Shown piece by piece: positions 7,945 through 17,934 of a stretch of DNA of 63,568 bases (the stretch's first letter is position 1; every line of letters starts with the position of its first letter). The stretch covers positions 1 to 63,568 of the IMG/VR virus record IMGVR_UViG_3300021963_006637; one strand, 5' to 3'. The stretch comes from a virus (lineage: Duplodnaviria; Caudoviricetes). The notes beneath the pieces are model-generated. The model did not search any database, was not told the origin of the DNA, and saw only the letters and a list, made by a program, of their open reading frames with translations. The translations under genes and the position numbers were made by a program.

Positions 7945-8649
7945 CTATCTATTTAAATGTTTTTTCATTTTCTCTTTATCTTCTTCGGAAGGTGCTCCAT
8001 TGATATATCCTCCTGGAAGTGTTAATCCTACTCCTGCCCCACCTGGAAATCCTTCTCTATGTGGTGCTTTTATTCCTAATGATTTTTTCTTATCAGATAA
8101 TCTTTGTAATGCGTTTTTCAATCTTTTCTGAATTTCCATTTTGGCGTCAGGAGATTTTATGCTATTAATTTTATCTCTTAATTTTTGTATGCGATTATTC
8201 AAATTTTGTATCTTCTCTCCCTCACTCTTCGCAGGCTCTTCGTTAATCTGCTCTTTCATTTTTTTCCAATCTTCAACTACTTTTCCGATAGCTTCCTTTA
8301 CCTGTTCCTTATTCAATCCAATCACTTTTACTTCTCCACTTTCGTTTTGATACATTGCATGTTTCAATCCGATTTCAGAAAAGTATTTTACTAATTTTTC
8401 ACCGATTAATTTTCCTTTCAATTCTTTTGTTTGAGGTAATCCTTGTGCAACACGTTGTGGCTCTTCTCCTTCTTCAGTTTTCCACTTACCACCCGCATCT
8501 TTATATTGTTTAGCCGCCCATCCATTTGCATAAGCAGAAGGGTAAACATCGAATTTCTTCTTTGCCTGAGAAACATAATACTGCCACTTTGAGGGGTCAG
8601 TAGGAACGTTTTTTTCTAAAAATAAAGTAATTGCTTCTTTTATATCCAT
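7945..8649 (-). CDS. Hypothetical protein with AKKKFDVYPSAYANGWAAKQYK..GGKWK domain and coiled coil
   Basis: Motif recalled from T4-like phage proteins; EQINEE junction. Confidence 0.55.
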   Translation of the reverse strand: MDIKEAITLFLEKNVPTDPSKWQYYVSQAKKKFDVYPSAYANGWAAKQYKDAGGKWKTEEGEEPQRVAQGLPQTKELKGKLIGEKLVKYFSEIGLKHAMYQNESGEVKVIGLNKEQVKEAIGKVVEDWKKMKEQINEEPAKSEGEKIQNLNNRIQKLRDKINSIKSPDAKMEIQKRLKNALQRLSDKKKSLGIKAPHREGFPGGAGVGLTLPGGYINGAPSEEDKEKMKKHLNR

Positions 8650-8676
8650 AATGTATATAAATATATGTTTTTTTGT

Positions 8677-9474
8677 TTAAGATGGTGGATTAAAGTCTTT
8701 TTTACCACTTTTATCCCAACTAACTCTGATTGGTTTATCACCATCAGTTTTTTCACCACCTTTTTTAGCATCACCACCTGCTTTTTGCGCAGCTCTTTTT
8801 CTTTTAACGAAGTTAGCTCTACCTTTCTTTCCTAATTTGTCTGCTGCAGCTGAACTTAAACAGGCTGCATACGCTTCTCCTTCTTCTCCTGCTCCACACT
8901 TACCAATTCTTTCACCTTTTGAATTATACCTATCCCATCCACCGCCATCTTTACCACCCCACTTACCTTTACCAAACCACTTACGAAGATCTTCATTTGT
9001 AGCAACATCTTGAGATGATGGTAATACGTTTAATCCCACCTTTTTACCCAAAAATATGGTAATCGGTGTAATTGGAATTGGAGATGGAATAAACTTAAAT
9101 GAAATTAAAAAAAGTATTTTTATTACATCAGTAGATTGGGATTTTAAGAATCTTTTTTCTGCCTGAGAAACTTCTTCCCCACTTATCATTCTTTGGAAAA
9201 TGTGAAGAGCGACTATTGTTTCTTTTTTCTCTCTATCGGATGCAGTTTTAAAATCATCCCAATTATGTTTTATAAAATTTTTTGTTTTCTCTAACCAATT
9301 TACCACTTTATTTTTTGCATTATCAATTATACCTTCATTAAAAGGAGATTTTGATTTAGTATCTTCTCCTCTTTTACGAGCATCTCTACCATCACAATGA
9401 GCCTTTTGTGAAAACCCTTTTGGATTATCACAATCTATGCTTTTTTTGTATTTGTTAGACCAACTCATATACAT
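8677..9474 (-). CDS. Hypothetical modular protein (IDCDNPKGFSQKAHC and EDLRKWF...KCG domains)
   Basis: Cys-containing mini-domains recalled from T4-like phages; modules separated by PFNE and ATNE; true start may be MSW at 9468. Confidence 0.55.
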   Translation of the reverse strand: MYMSWSNKYKKSIDCDNPKGFSQKAHCDGRDARKRGEDTKSKSPFNEGIIDNAKNKVVNWLEKTKNFIKHNWDDFKTASDREKKETIVALHIFQRMISGEEVSQAEKRFLKSQSTDVIKILFLISFKFIPSPIPITPITIFLGKKVGLNVLPSSQDVATNEDLRKWFGKGKWGGKDGGGWDRYNSKGERIGKCGAGEEGEAYAACLSSAAADKLGKKGRANFVKRKRAAQKAGGDAKKGGEKTDGDKPIRVSWDKSGKKDFNPPS

Positions 9475-9488
9475 AAATATAAAAAATA

Positions 9489-10238
9489 TTACAACTCCAA
9501 ATATTTTACGATATTACTCGCAATAATTGAATGACCTTCTAAAGATGGATGGTAATCATATCCGTTTTTCAATCCAAATATTCCTCCAGATGTAAGATAT
9601 CTCCCACTATTTACTAATTCTACAATCGTATCATATTGAGTATTCTTATAATAAAGTGGTATTAAATATTTTTGCAATGGATGTTCTTTTATATATCTAA
9701 TCTCTTCATTGTTGGGCCAAACTAATAAACCAAATTTTACCCCACTTGATTCCACCATTAAAGCAAAATTGTATATATTTTCCAGAATTACAGAAATAGT
9801 ATCATAAATCACATTATCAATAGTTTTATTTTCTTTTACTAAAAAATCTACCATATCTGCTTCACAATCCGCATATACTATTCTACCATCATTAGTTTTA
9901 AGAGTCAAAACATCTTTTGGAAATCCATTGACTTGAAAAATTATTGAATTAACATCGTTTAGAGAGAACTCATTTCTTTCTAACCCATCAATTAAATTAT
10001 TCAAAGCTGCCATATTACCACTACACTTTGAGTAATTAAGCTCTATTCCATTAAAATAATTTGAAACTTTCTTTGAAAATCTATTATCAAATATGAATTT
10101 CTCCTGAGCTTTATCTAAATATTTCAAATCCCACGGCTCATTAAATGGCCAATGAATTGTAGATAATTCAGATTCATATTGTAATCCTATACCATATGTT
10201 ATTGAACTTCCGGTAAATACAAATACTTTTCTATTCAT
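9489..10238 (-). CDS. SGNH/GDSL-hydrolase-like protein
   Basis: FTGSSITYG, SGN, C-terminal DYHPSLEGH. Confidence 0.65.
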   Translation of the reverse strand: MNRKVFVFTGSSITYGIGLQYESELSTIHWPFNEPWDLKYLDKAQEKFIFDNRFSKKVSNYFNGIELNYSKCSGNMAALNNLIDGLERNEFSLNDVNSIIFQVNGFPKDVLTLKTNDGRIVYADCEADMVDFLVKENKTIDNVIYDTISVILENIYNFALMVESSGVKFGLLVWPNNEEIRYIKEHPLQKYLIPLYYKNTQYDTIVELVNSGRYLTSGGIFGLKNGYDYHPSLEGHSIIASNIVKYLEL

Positions 10239-10776
10239 TTAATATATTATCAATACATTTATAAATTTGTAAATTTCCTTCTATGTTATAATGATTTATA
10301 TCCCCTCTATTCAACAAAAATAATTTATTAAAATTTATTTCATTTTTAAACTTATACTCTCTACTACTTCTCTCAAAATGAGTAATATTAATAAGTTTAT
10401 TTTTTGCCATTTTATCTATTTTTTCACAAAGTAAATTGTAATAATCAATCATCCAATCTATATCTACAATTTCTTCAAAAAAAAATTTATAATTGGGAAA
10501 ATGCTTTACATCCTCATATATTAAATCACAATTTTTATGAATACCGATGTATCCATTAGGGTTAGCTTTTGTGTAAAATCTAAAAGGAGAAGTGTGGGAA
10601 ACAATTATTTTATCAAATTGATTTATTTTTTGTGATAATAATTGTTTATAAATTCGGTATTGAGAACACCCAGCTTGCGATAAGTTTAATATAGAATATT
10701 TTTGTCTGAGTAATTCAACCCAAGAGTTATTATTCCCATCACAGGAAAAACTATCCCCACATAACAATATATTCAT
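10231..10776 (-). CDS. SGNH/GDSL-hydrolase-like protein
   Basis: LCGDSFS, SW..L, NLSQAGCS, C-terminal INHYNIEGN. Confidence 0.65.
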   Translation of the reverse strand: MNILLCGDSFSCDGNNNSWVELLRQKYSILNLSQAGCSQYRIYKQLLSQKINQFDKIIVSHTSPFRFYTKANPNGYIGIHKNCDLIYEDVKHFPNYKFFFEEIVDIDWMIDYYNLLCEKIDKMAKNKLINITHFERSSREYKFKNEINFNKLFLLNRGDINHYNIEGNLQIYKCIDNILNE

Positions 10777-10795
10777 AGAAATTTTTAATAAATAT

Positions 10796-11227
10796 CTATA
10801 ATTCTTTAAAACTTAGTATATTGTCTGATATTATACCTTTGAGTGGAAGATTAATTACATCATATTCATCGGTAATCAATAATGTATCTTCGATTCCTAA
10901 TTCCGAAATTGTATCAGTAATAATATGTTCGGTGTTTACCATCAATGGCTCACCTTTCCATTGAAAATAATGAGGTGCTTTTTGCTCTTTAAGTTTAATC
11001 AAAGTTTCAAAATTCATTGCATTACACCAAAGAGCAAATATATTAAGAAACGATGGCTTAATAGGATAGTATGGTTCGTTTGTTCCTAAATAAAATTGCT
11101 CATTATGCCACCATACATCTACCCAACAATGAAACCCCATTCGGATAACTTCTTGTATCTGATAGGGTTTGTTTTCTTTTTTCTCATCTACACCTAATAT
11201 GTTTCCTCTAAGAGATATTAAATACAT
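10796..11227 (-). CDS. Glycerophosphodiester-phosphodiesterase-like protein, degenerate
   Basis: ISLRGN...EN.P..I...G...VDVW resembles IxHRG...EN...G.D.E.D, but the catalytic His and Glu positions are replaced. Confidence 0.45.
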   Translation of the reverse strand: MYLISLRGNILGVDEKKENKPYQIQEVIRMGFHCWVDVWWHNEQFYLGTNEPYYPIKPSFLNIFALWCNAMNFETLIKLKEQKAPHYFQWKGEPLMVNTEHIITDTISELGIEDTLLITDEYDVINLPLKGIISDNILSFKEL

Positions 11228-11450
11228 TTGTCTAAATAATAATCCGAATATATGCTTACCAATTTATGCTCGTATGTATTCAGAGATTTAACATTGAAAG
11301 TAAGATTTTCGACTTTGAAAGAAGAATGTGATGATAGGTTCGATTGATAAATAAAGTCAGGTAAATTTGTTAGAATCTGCATATCATTTTTATTAATAGT
11401 TGATGCATCTATACTGATTATTACATCATTTTCTAACGCTATTAATATTT
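11218..11450 (-). pseudogene. Out-of-frame C-terminal continuation of the GT2 gene
   Basis: The +1 frame is open from the A-runs near 11448-11461 (…LENDVIISIDAS…TYEHKLVSIYSDYYLDKCI*) to a stop overlapping the next ATG; no upstream start codon; fills an otherwise empty ~200-bp gap. Confidence 0.6.
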
Positions 11451-12373
11451 TTTATTTTTTTATTTAAGTTTAATTTAGTCTTTGGTTGTTCTCCATTTAT
11501 ATAATCAACGGTTTTACAATCAACATATATAGTAGAAACATAAGGTTCTAAAATTCTCAAAAGGTCTTCATTGCAATTTTTAACAATCAATCCAACATCA
11601 TATGTTTTTTTATTTCTCGTAGAAGCATTAATTCCCCACTTTCTAATTCTATTTAAATTAGAATTAGTTTCTATGATTCTTGTATTCTCCTTATGTTCTT
11701 CTGAAAATCTAGATGTTTTAGATACAAAGTGATAAACGATACTATCTAAACTTACTATCATTTTCATACCCAATAAATGCAACCTAAATAAGATATCATC
11801 ATCTTCACAAAACATTGGATTATATAAATTATCCATCCCGCCTATTGCCAAATAAGTTGCTCTATGCTGTGCCATAAAAAAAGCAGAACCTTCTGATGTT
11901 TGGTTTTGATATTGAGTTTGAGTTTCTTTTGTAAACTTTATAAGTTCTTCATAATTAACATCATCAAATTCTAACCCAAAGTCTTTTATAATTTTACCAG
12001 GTCTATTATGCCCAGCAAAAATAGGAGGTTCGATTGTAGTATAACTCACTACTACTCCTTTTTGTAAATGTTTATCTATGTTTTCTAACCAACCCTCTAG
12101 CATAACAATATCGTTATGACAGAATACAATGTATTCTTTTGTTGCTATTTCTGCACACTTATTAAATGTATCAGAGAAAGTTTTCTTTTCATCTGAATAG
12201 TAATACTTTAAATTCTCATCGTTTAAAGAATCTAACCATTCATGTGTCCCATCGTTTGAACCATAACTAACAAAACATAATTCTTCAGTTGGATATACTT
12301 CTCTAAATCTTTTGTAAAATTTTTTAGAATAATCTAAATTATTTTTTAATCCAACTAATGTAGAAATTTTCAT
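11426..12373 (-). CDS. Glycosyltransferase family 2 (probably frameshift-truncated)
   Basis: GSNDGT, FCHNDIV (DxD position), GGMD...FCEDDD, HFVSKTSR. Confidence 0.85.
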   Translation of the reverse strand: MKISTLVGLKNNLDYSKKFYKRFREVYPTEELCFVSYGSNDGTHEWLDSLNDENLKYYYSDEKKTFSDTFNKCAEIATKEYIVFCHNDIVMLEGWLENIDKHLQKGVVVSYTTIEPPIFAGHNRPGKIIKDFGLEFDDVNYEELIKFTKETQTQYQNQTSEGSAFFMAQHRATYLAIGGMDNLYNPMFCEDDDILFRLHLLGMKMIVSLDSIVYHFVSKTSRFSEEHKENTRIIETNSNLNRIRKWGINASTRNKKTYDVGLIVKNCNEDLLRILEPYVSTIYVDCKTVDYINGEQPKTKLNLNKKIKNINSVRK

Positions 12374-12376
12374 ACT

Positions 12377-13249
12377 TTATTTTTTCAATATCATTTCAAT
12401 TCTTTCCTCTAATGTATATTTTGGAGTATAGATGGAATTAAACAATGTTGGGTCACAAACTCTATATGATACACCAATTGGTTTTTCCAATAAATGTTTA
12501 ATTCCGTTTAGAGGAGTAAAGCCACTTATAGTAAACATTGTTTTAGCTAATTCATTAAATGGAGTAGCAATTCCACATCCTAAATTTAAAGCATCTACAT
12601 TAACATCATTATCAACAACAGTCATAACTGCTTCTACAATATCATCCATATGAATGAAATCTCTAACCTGAGTTCCATCTCCCCATATTTCAAATTCATC
12701 TACTCTTCTTTTAATTCTATCAATGAAAGAGGGGAATGGATATGTTAAATCCTGATCTTCCCCATAACCACTAAATGGTCTGAATACATAAACCTTCGTT
12801 CCAGATTGTCTAACAAATTTAGCCAAATATTCTCCGGTTAATTTAGACCAACCATAGGTGTAATCAGGTAATCTGATATCATCTAAATTAATATCACTTT
12901 CCTTTAATCTATATTTTGAATCCGGATGTTGTAAATATGTTGGATATGCCGCACTACTACTAAAATATACAACTCTTTTTTGTTTTGTTTTAATTACCCA
13001 ATTGAAAAATTCAGAATCAATTGATAAATCAGTTGCAACAGATAATGGTTCTTTTTCAATTGTTTCTCTACCACCTACGATTGCCGCTAAATGAATAATT
13101 AAATCAAATACTTCAGTTGATTGTTTGAAATAATCTCTACAATCATTTCCTTCTTTTAAATCTATTCCGACTATTTCATGTTTATCACCAAAGTATTTCA
13201 AAAACGATCTACCTACAAATCCTAAATGGCCTGTTATTAATATTTTCAT
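12377..13249 (-). CDS. NAD-dependent nucleotide-sugar epimerase/dehydratase (extended SDR)
   Basis: ITGHLGFVG, HLAA, SSSAAY, YGWSK (YxxxK), WGDGTQVRDFIH. Confidence 0.9.
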   Translation of the reverse strand: MKILITGHLGFVGRSFLKYFGDKHEIVGIDLKEGNDCRDYFKQSTEVFDLIIHLAAIVGGRETIEKEPLSVATDLSIDSEFFNWVIKTKQKRVVYFSSSAAYPTYLQHPDSKYRLKESDINLDDIRLPDYTYGWSKLTGEYLAKFVRQSGTKVYVFRPFSGYGEDQDLTYPFPSFIDRIKRRVDEFEIWGDGTQVRDFIHMDDIVEAVMTVVDNDVNVDALNLGCGIATPFNELAKTMFTISGFTPLNGIKHLLEKPIGVSYRVCDPTLFNSIYTPKYTLEERIEMILKK

Positions 13250-14115
13250 TTTATTATTTTATTATATAAATCAATATGTTTACTTGCTACATTTTTAGAA
13301 TCACATAATTCTTCTATATTTTCTGGCTTTTGTATTTCTATGTTTAATATATCTCCATTTATATCAATCAAATACATATATCCAGGAACATCACAGCACC
13401 ATCCTTCTAATGTAGTTCTACCCAATAAAATACCGGCAGTAAAATCCATATTCTTAACTACATTTTCAGTATCCCATCTCTTATCTATGTATTTTATATT
13501 TGGATGTTTAAAATCATATCTACTATCGCTCATTAGATATAAATCCCAATCTTTATCTATACAACTATTAACCAAATGTGATACTGATTTAAATCTAATA
13601 TTATCCAATACTTCTCCTACAAATATACCACTTTTCTTTTGATTTTTCAAGCTATTTTCGCCATTAAATCTACTTCTATCAATTGGATTGTATATCAAAG
13701 AAACTTTATTAGATGGAATGTTATATTCATTAATTAGCATATCAACTATTGGTTGCCTAATAGCAATATAATGTTGTATATTATCGTTAAGAATTGGGTC
13801 TTCACTTCTTATTTCAGAATGAATTATACTAATTTTAGGAATACTCGGAAATTTTTCTATGAAGAATAAATTAACTTGTGGCTGAGATGCTACAATTATA
13901 TCAAAATATTCGGATGTATCTAAATTACTTAAATCGATTTGCTTAACTCCTAAATCATATAATTTTTTTCTAACTATATCATTTTTATCTATCTGTCTAG
14001 CTGAAAACAATGTAATGTCGTGGCCTAATAAATGAAGTTCTTTTACCAGTTCATAGTGATACAATTCACTTCCACCTAATCCATTTACATTTAAACAACC
14101 TATAAGAATTTTCAT
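13246..14115 (-). CDS. GT-B fold glycosyltransferase (GT4-like)
   Basis: GGSE, GHDI, IYNPID, GRTTLEGW..DVP. Confidence 0.7.
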   Translation of the reverse strand: MKILIGCLNVNGLGGSELYHYELVKELHLLGHDITLFSARQIDKNDIVRKKLYDLGVKQIDLSNLDTSEYFDIIVASQPQVNLFFIEKFPSIPKISIIHSEIRSEDPILNDNIQHYIAIRQPIVDMLINEYNIPSNKVSLIYNPIDRSRFNGENSLKNQKKSGIFVGEVLDNIRFKSVSHLVNSCIDKDWDLYLMSDSRYDFKHPNIKYIDKRWDTENVVKNMDFTAGILLGRTTLEGWCCDVPGYMYLIDINGDILNIEIQKPENIEELCDSKNVASKHIDLYNKIIK

Positions 14116-14747
14116 TATAATTTTTTATAAATTGCATTAATTCCATTTGTATGAATCTTCGAATATCCATTGCCTAAAAGAGCATCTGCATTTCTTAAAA
14201 CACCATTATTATCGTTGTATTCGAAGATGATAAATAACGGTTGTAGATTATTCTCAACTACTTGTTTTAGTATTTCCAAATCCTTTCCTTCGGCATCAAT
14301 ACTAATTATATCAAACGATTTGAATTTAGATTGACTTAATATTGTTTTTAATGTAGAAGTTTTTACTATTTCGCTTTCATACCTTACATTCCTATTTCGT
14401 TCCCAATAATTTTTTTCAACTTCATTCAGAGTTGAAACTTGATTTACCCCTTCATTATGCAAAGATCCTAAAAAAATTGTAGTTTCACCATCTTCTTCTG
14501 CTATCGCAACATTAAAAACGTCAATATTATTATTATCAGAATACAATGAATTCAACGATTCAGCACAATTTGTAGTTGGTTCTATAAGAATACCACCCCA
14601 TCCTAAAGTTTCAATAAACATTCTTGAGTTAGAATATGTAATACCATCATTCGCTCCTATATCCAATAAAGTTCCTGGATGGTTAAACTCTAGTTCTTTT
14701 AATAAATTGAAGATTATACTATCTTCGCCATGCTGAGAATAATTCAT
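14115..14747 (-). CDS. FkbM-family SAM-dependent methyltransferase
   Basis: YSQHGED, LDIGANDGITYSNS, GILIEP, ISIDAEG.DLEIL. Confidence 0.9.
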   Translation of the reverse strand: MNYSQHGEDSIIFNLLKELEFNHPGTLLDIGANDGITYSNSRMFIETLGWGGILIEPTTNCAESLNSLYSDNNNIDVFNVAIAEEDGETTIFLGSLHNEGVNQVSTLNEVEKNYWERNRNVRYESEIVKTSTLKTILSQSKFKSFDIISIDAEGKDLEILKQVVENNLQPLFIIFEYNDNNGVLRNADALLGNGYSKIHTNGINAIYKKL

Positions 14748-15430
14748 TATTGTGAAATTAAATCATTTACCTTATTGCAATCATTGAAAAATTCAATACT
14801 ACTTTTATATAAACTATATTGTTGCTGGTCGTAACCTGCTACAGATGCAGCATCTACATATTGAGAATCTCTAACAGCTTTACCATTATCAGGATGAATA
14901 TGTTCAAATGTTACATCATTAAAGTATTTTATAATACCGCATGAATTACCTAAATCTAACCAGAAATTATCCGCATACATATGAACAAGATTAGTAGGCA
15001 CCATAAATCCTAAAGCATCTACTATATTTGAGGTTAAACATACGGCAGTTGGTAATTTAGCACCTTGTAGCAAATCGTTACCATACGCAATTCCTACACC
15101 ATTATTTTCATTAAAAAATTCAATAAACTTACTTTCCCATTTTGTTTGAATTACATGATCATCTCCAAAAAATGCAATATACTTATATGAATCTTTATAC
15201 TTAATCGCAATTTGATTGAGGGTTGGTATCATTCGGATTCTAGGATTCACTTCGTAAATAACACCGTCTCTTATTGGGTATTGATGATTATCATCATCGT
15301 CTAATGCAATACATAAATCACTAAATCCTTCGGTATTAATTTTCCAATTTTCAATAAATCTGTCTACATTTGGATACCTAACACTATTACCGCTTCTAGA
15401 TGGAACAATTACTAATATTTCTTTTTTCAT
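14747..15430 (-). CDS. GT-A fold glycosyltransferase (GT2-like)
   Basis: VIVPSR, LDDDD, FGDDH, HMYADN, EHIHP. Confidence 0.75.
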   Translation of the reverse strand: MKKEILVIVPSRSGNSVRYPNVDRFIENWKINTEGFSDLCIALDDDDNHQYPIRDGVIYEVNPRIRMIPTLNQIAIKYKDSYKYIAFFGDDHVIQTKWESKFIEFFNENNGVGIAYGNDLLQGAKLPTAVCLTSNIVDALGFMVPTNLVHMYADNFWLDLGNSCGIIKYFNDVTFEHIHPDNGKAVRDSQYVDAASVAGYDQQQYSLYKSSIEFFNDCNKVNDLISQ

Positions 15431-15435
15431 AAAAT

Positions 15436-16059
15436 TTATATTTCGTTATAAAATTGATTTTGTTTTTCTTGTCTTTCTATTTGTTTATGATGATATAGGG
15501 AGTATTTTTCATCTGCAGGAAAGTTTGTAAACGTCGTATATCCACTTATTCTTTCATGCACCTTTCCATACCATACTACTTCATCAGTATTTTTATAAAT
15601 TCTGGTCTGATAATCAGGCCAATTAACCCATCCTTTTTCATCAACTCTCCATCCCCATTTTTGAATATGTGAATCGGTTAATCCTTCAACGGTGTTTACT
15701 CTCGGAACAAAAATAATATCAACTTCATTCATAGTTAATATCTGCTTTATCCTTTCCAATAGTATTTCAGATGGCTCTTCATCTGCATCAATTTGAAAAA
15801 TATAATCTCCCTCACAATGTGATTTCAAATTATTTTTAAATGATGCAAAATCTTTATTTAGAGGAAATGATATTACCTTAATTTGTTTTTGAATATCATT
15901 TATTACATTAAGATAATCAATTACTTCTTTTGTAGCAGATTCAGAATCATATTGAATAACAATTTGATCCTCGCTATCTACACGCACGAGTAAAAAGTTA
16001 ATTAATGAAGTAACCTCTTTTAGTTCATTACAAACGGTTATAGCGTAGCTAATTTTCAT
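15436..16059 (-). CDS. Glycosyltransferase family 2
   Basis: ISYAITVCNE, FQIDADE, PDYQTRIY, VHE. Confidence 0.85.
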   Translation of the reverse strand: MKISYAITVCNELKEVTSLINFLLVRVDSEDQIVIQYDSESATKEVIDYLNVINDIQKQIKVISFPLNKDFASFKNNLKSHCEGDYIFQIDADEEPSEILLERIKQILTMNEVDIIFVPRVNTVEGLTDSHIQKWGWRVDEKGWVNWPDYQTRIYKNTDEVVWYGKVHERISGYTTFTNFPADEKYSLYHHKQIERQEKQNQFYNEI

Positions 16060-16908
16060 TTATATAGTTTTTATATATTCTTTTAAAATATCTCTAGGAT
16101 ACCAATTCAATCTTTCAACATCATTATCTTTTCGAGTAGCAATTCTGTAATTACCTTTAACAGAATCAATATACTTTACTTTCAAATCAGGATATTTTTC
16201 TTTAAACATTTCATATAATTGGTCGATACTATATACAATATTATTTCCCATTTCCCATCCTGAATGATTTATTAAATCAGTTTTACTCAACTTTACTAAA
16301 CCATCAACAACATCATCTATGTAAGTAAATGCTCTATATGAAAGTCCACGCATTGTTATTTCTATCTCCTTACCCTCCCTTATATTCCGTCTCCACTTTC
16401 CTATCACAGCTGCCATATGAGAATCAACTAATTCACCTGGCCCATATACATTATATAATCTTACAATAGTAACATCCAACCCCATCCCATCTCTATAAAA
16501 ATTACATAACTCTTCACCAATTCTTTTTGAAGATGAATATGGAGATATGGAATGGTGAACCGATGATGAACTTACAAATACTATCTTTGATTTATTTCTT
16601 AAAGCATATTCCAATACTTGTTTAGTTCCATCTACATTAACTGAAAATGTTAAATTTCTATGTTGGTATGATAATTCCAATCTACTAAATGCTGCTAAAT
16701 GAAATATCCAATCATATTGTTTGTCAGGGATATTCTCCATTGCTCTAACATCCCCGCCTAAAAAATGCGCACCGATTTCTTTTGGATTTTTTGCTTCAAA
16801 CCCAATTGAAAGATTATCTATGATATCAACTTCATTACCTTCTTCTAATAATTTTTTAGAAAGTGCATATCCAATAAATCCACATCCACCGGTAACTAAT
16901 ATTTTCAT
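16060..16908 (-). CDS. NAD-dependent nucleotide-sugar epimerase/dehydratase
   Basis: VTGGCGFIG, HLAA, YSSSK, RLYNVYGP, FTYIDDVV. Confidence 0.9.
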   Translation of the reverse strand: MKILVTGGCGFIGYALSKKLLEEGNEVDIIDNLSIGFEAKNPKEIGAHFLGGDVRAMENIPDKQYDWIFHLAAFSRLELSYQHRNLTFSVNVDGTKQVLEYALRNKSKIVFVSSSSVHHSISPYSSSKRIGEELCNFYRDGMGLDVTIVRLYNVYGPGELVDSHMAAVIGKWRRNIREGKEIEITMRGLSYRAFTYIDDVVDGLVKLSKTDLINHSGWEMGNNIVYSIDQLYEMFKEKYPDLKVKYIDSVKGNYRIATRKDNDVERLNWYPRDILKEYIKTI

Positions 16909-17382
16909 TTAGTCTTCGTTGTGCGGTTTACTATTTGTATAATGCCACGCCGAACCGCTTGGATATCCATATGTAGTTGATGTTGATGGGTTATATGTAT
17001 TTAAAATACCCGTACTACCTGTACCAAATGATGCTATATTTGGATTGGCAATTGTAATAAATCCGGTAGTTCCAGGTGTTGTTGTTACTACATATCCAGG
17101 TGTTGATGTTGTTCCAAATGAACCACTACTACAAGTTATTTTGTATGGATTATATGGGTCTATATATGGTTTATCAAATGGATTTGGATAATGTGGTTCT
17201 TGCCACACTGGAGTTGTATTTGGAGATGTGTTTGGTGTTCCAAATGGAAATGATGGAGATGATTCATCAGTAACTTCTGCTAACTTATCTTTTAATGCAT
17301 CCCATTGCTTTGGAGTTGGTGCGTATTCGTGGCAGGCTTCTACAAAACCTCTTAACCATATAACGTATTCTTTTGATGTCAT
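16909..17382 (-). CDS. Hypothetical protein with helical N-terminus and Pro/Thr/Ser/Gly-rich tail
   Basis: WLRGFVE..PTPKQW..LKDKL followed by low-complexity TTSTPG/TTTPG sequence. Confidence 0.65.
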   Translation of the reverse strand: MTSKEYVIWLRGFVEACHEYAPTPKQWDALKDKLAEVTDESSPSFPFGTPNTSPNTTPVWQEPHYPNPFDKPYIDPYNPYKITCSSGSFGTTSTPGYVVTTTPGTTGFITIANPNIASFGTGSTGILNTYNPSTSTTYGYPSGSAWHYTNSKPHNED

Positions 17383-17397
17383 AACCTATTTATTTTT

Positions 17398-17931
17398 TTA
17401 ATCTTTTAAATTTTCTCTTCTCTCTTTTATCTTTTGAGTAGTATTATATCCTGGTAAAAATTTATCTTTTAAATATTCTTTGTCAATTTCAATTAATTCA
17501 ACACTTTTAATAGATGTCATTTTATATTCTCTATAATTCCCAGGATATACCAAAGGTCTTCTTTTGATAATATTAAATAAAGGTTTACCATCATTAGGAA
17601 ATTTCATTAATAATCGTCTGAATTCTTCAGCTGAATTTATAGATTCTTCAGTAACATTATCCATTGCCAAACGTATTGAATCGAAAAATTTTTCAGGATT
17701 TACATACTTCAATTTAATAGAAGGAAATAATACTTTTTTATCTACGAATCTACCAATCAAAAAAATATAAGTGGTATCCAATTGAGCCAAAACCTTTGTT
17801 TGGGGAGGGTCTACATATTTGTAAACAACTATTTTATAGAAATTACCGGGCTTCATCATACTATGCGGTATTGGTTTAAGACTGATAATAATATTGTCCC
17901 ACTTTTGAATATAGAGTTGTTTATTAATCAT
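17398..17931 (-). CDS. Hypothetical protein
   Basis: 177-aa ORF tightly packed between its neighbours. Confidence 0.6.
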   Translation of the reverse strand: MINKQLYIQKWDNIIISLKPIPHSMMKPGNFYKIVVYKYVDPPQTKVLAQLDTTYIFLIGRFVDKKVLFPSIKLKYVNPEKFFDSIRLAMDNVTEESINSAEEFRRLLMKFPNDGKPLFNIIKRRPLVYPGNYREYKMTSIKSVELIEIDKEYLKDKFLPGYNTTQKIKERRENLKD

Positions 17932-17934
17932 TTT

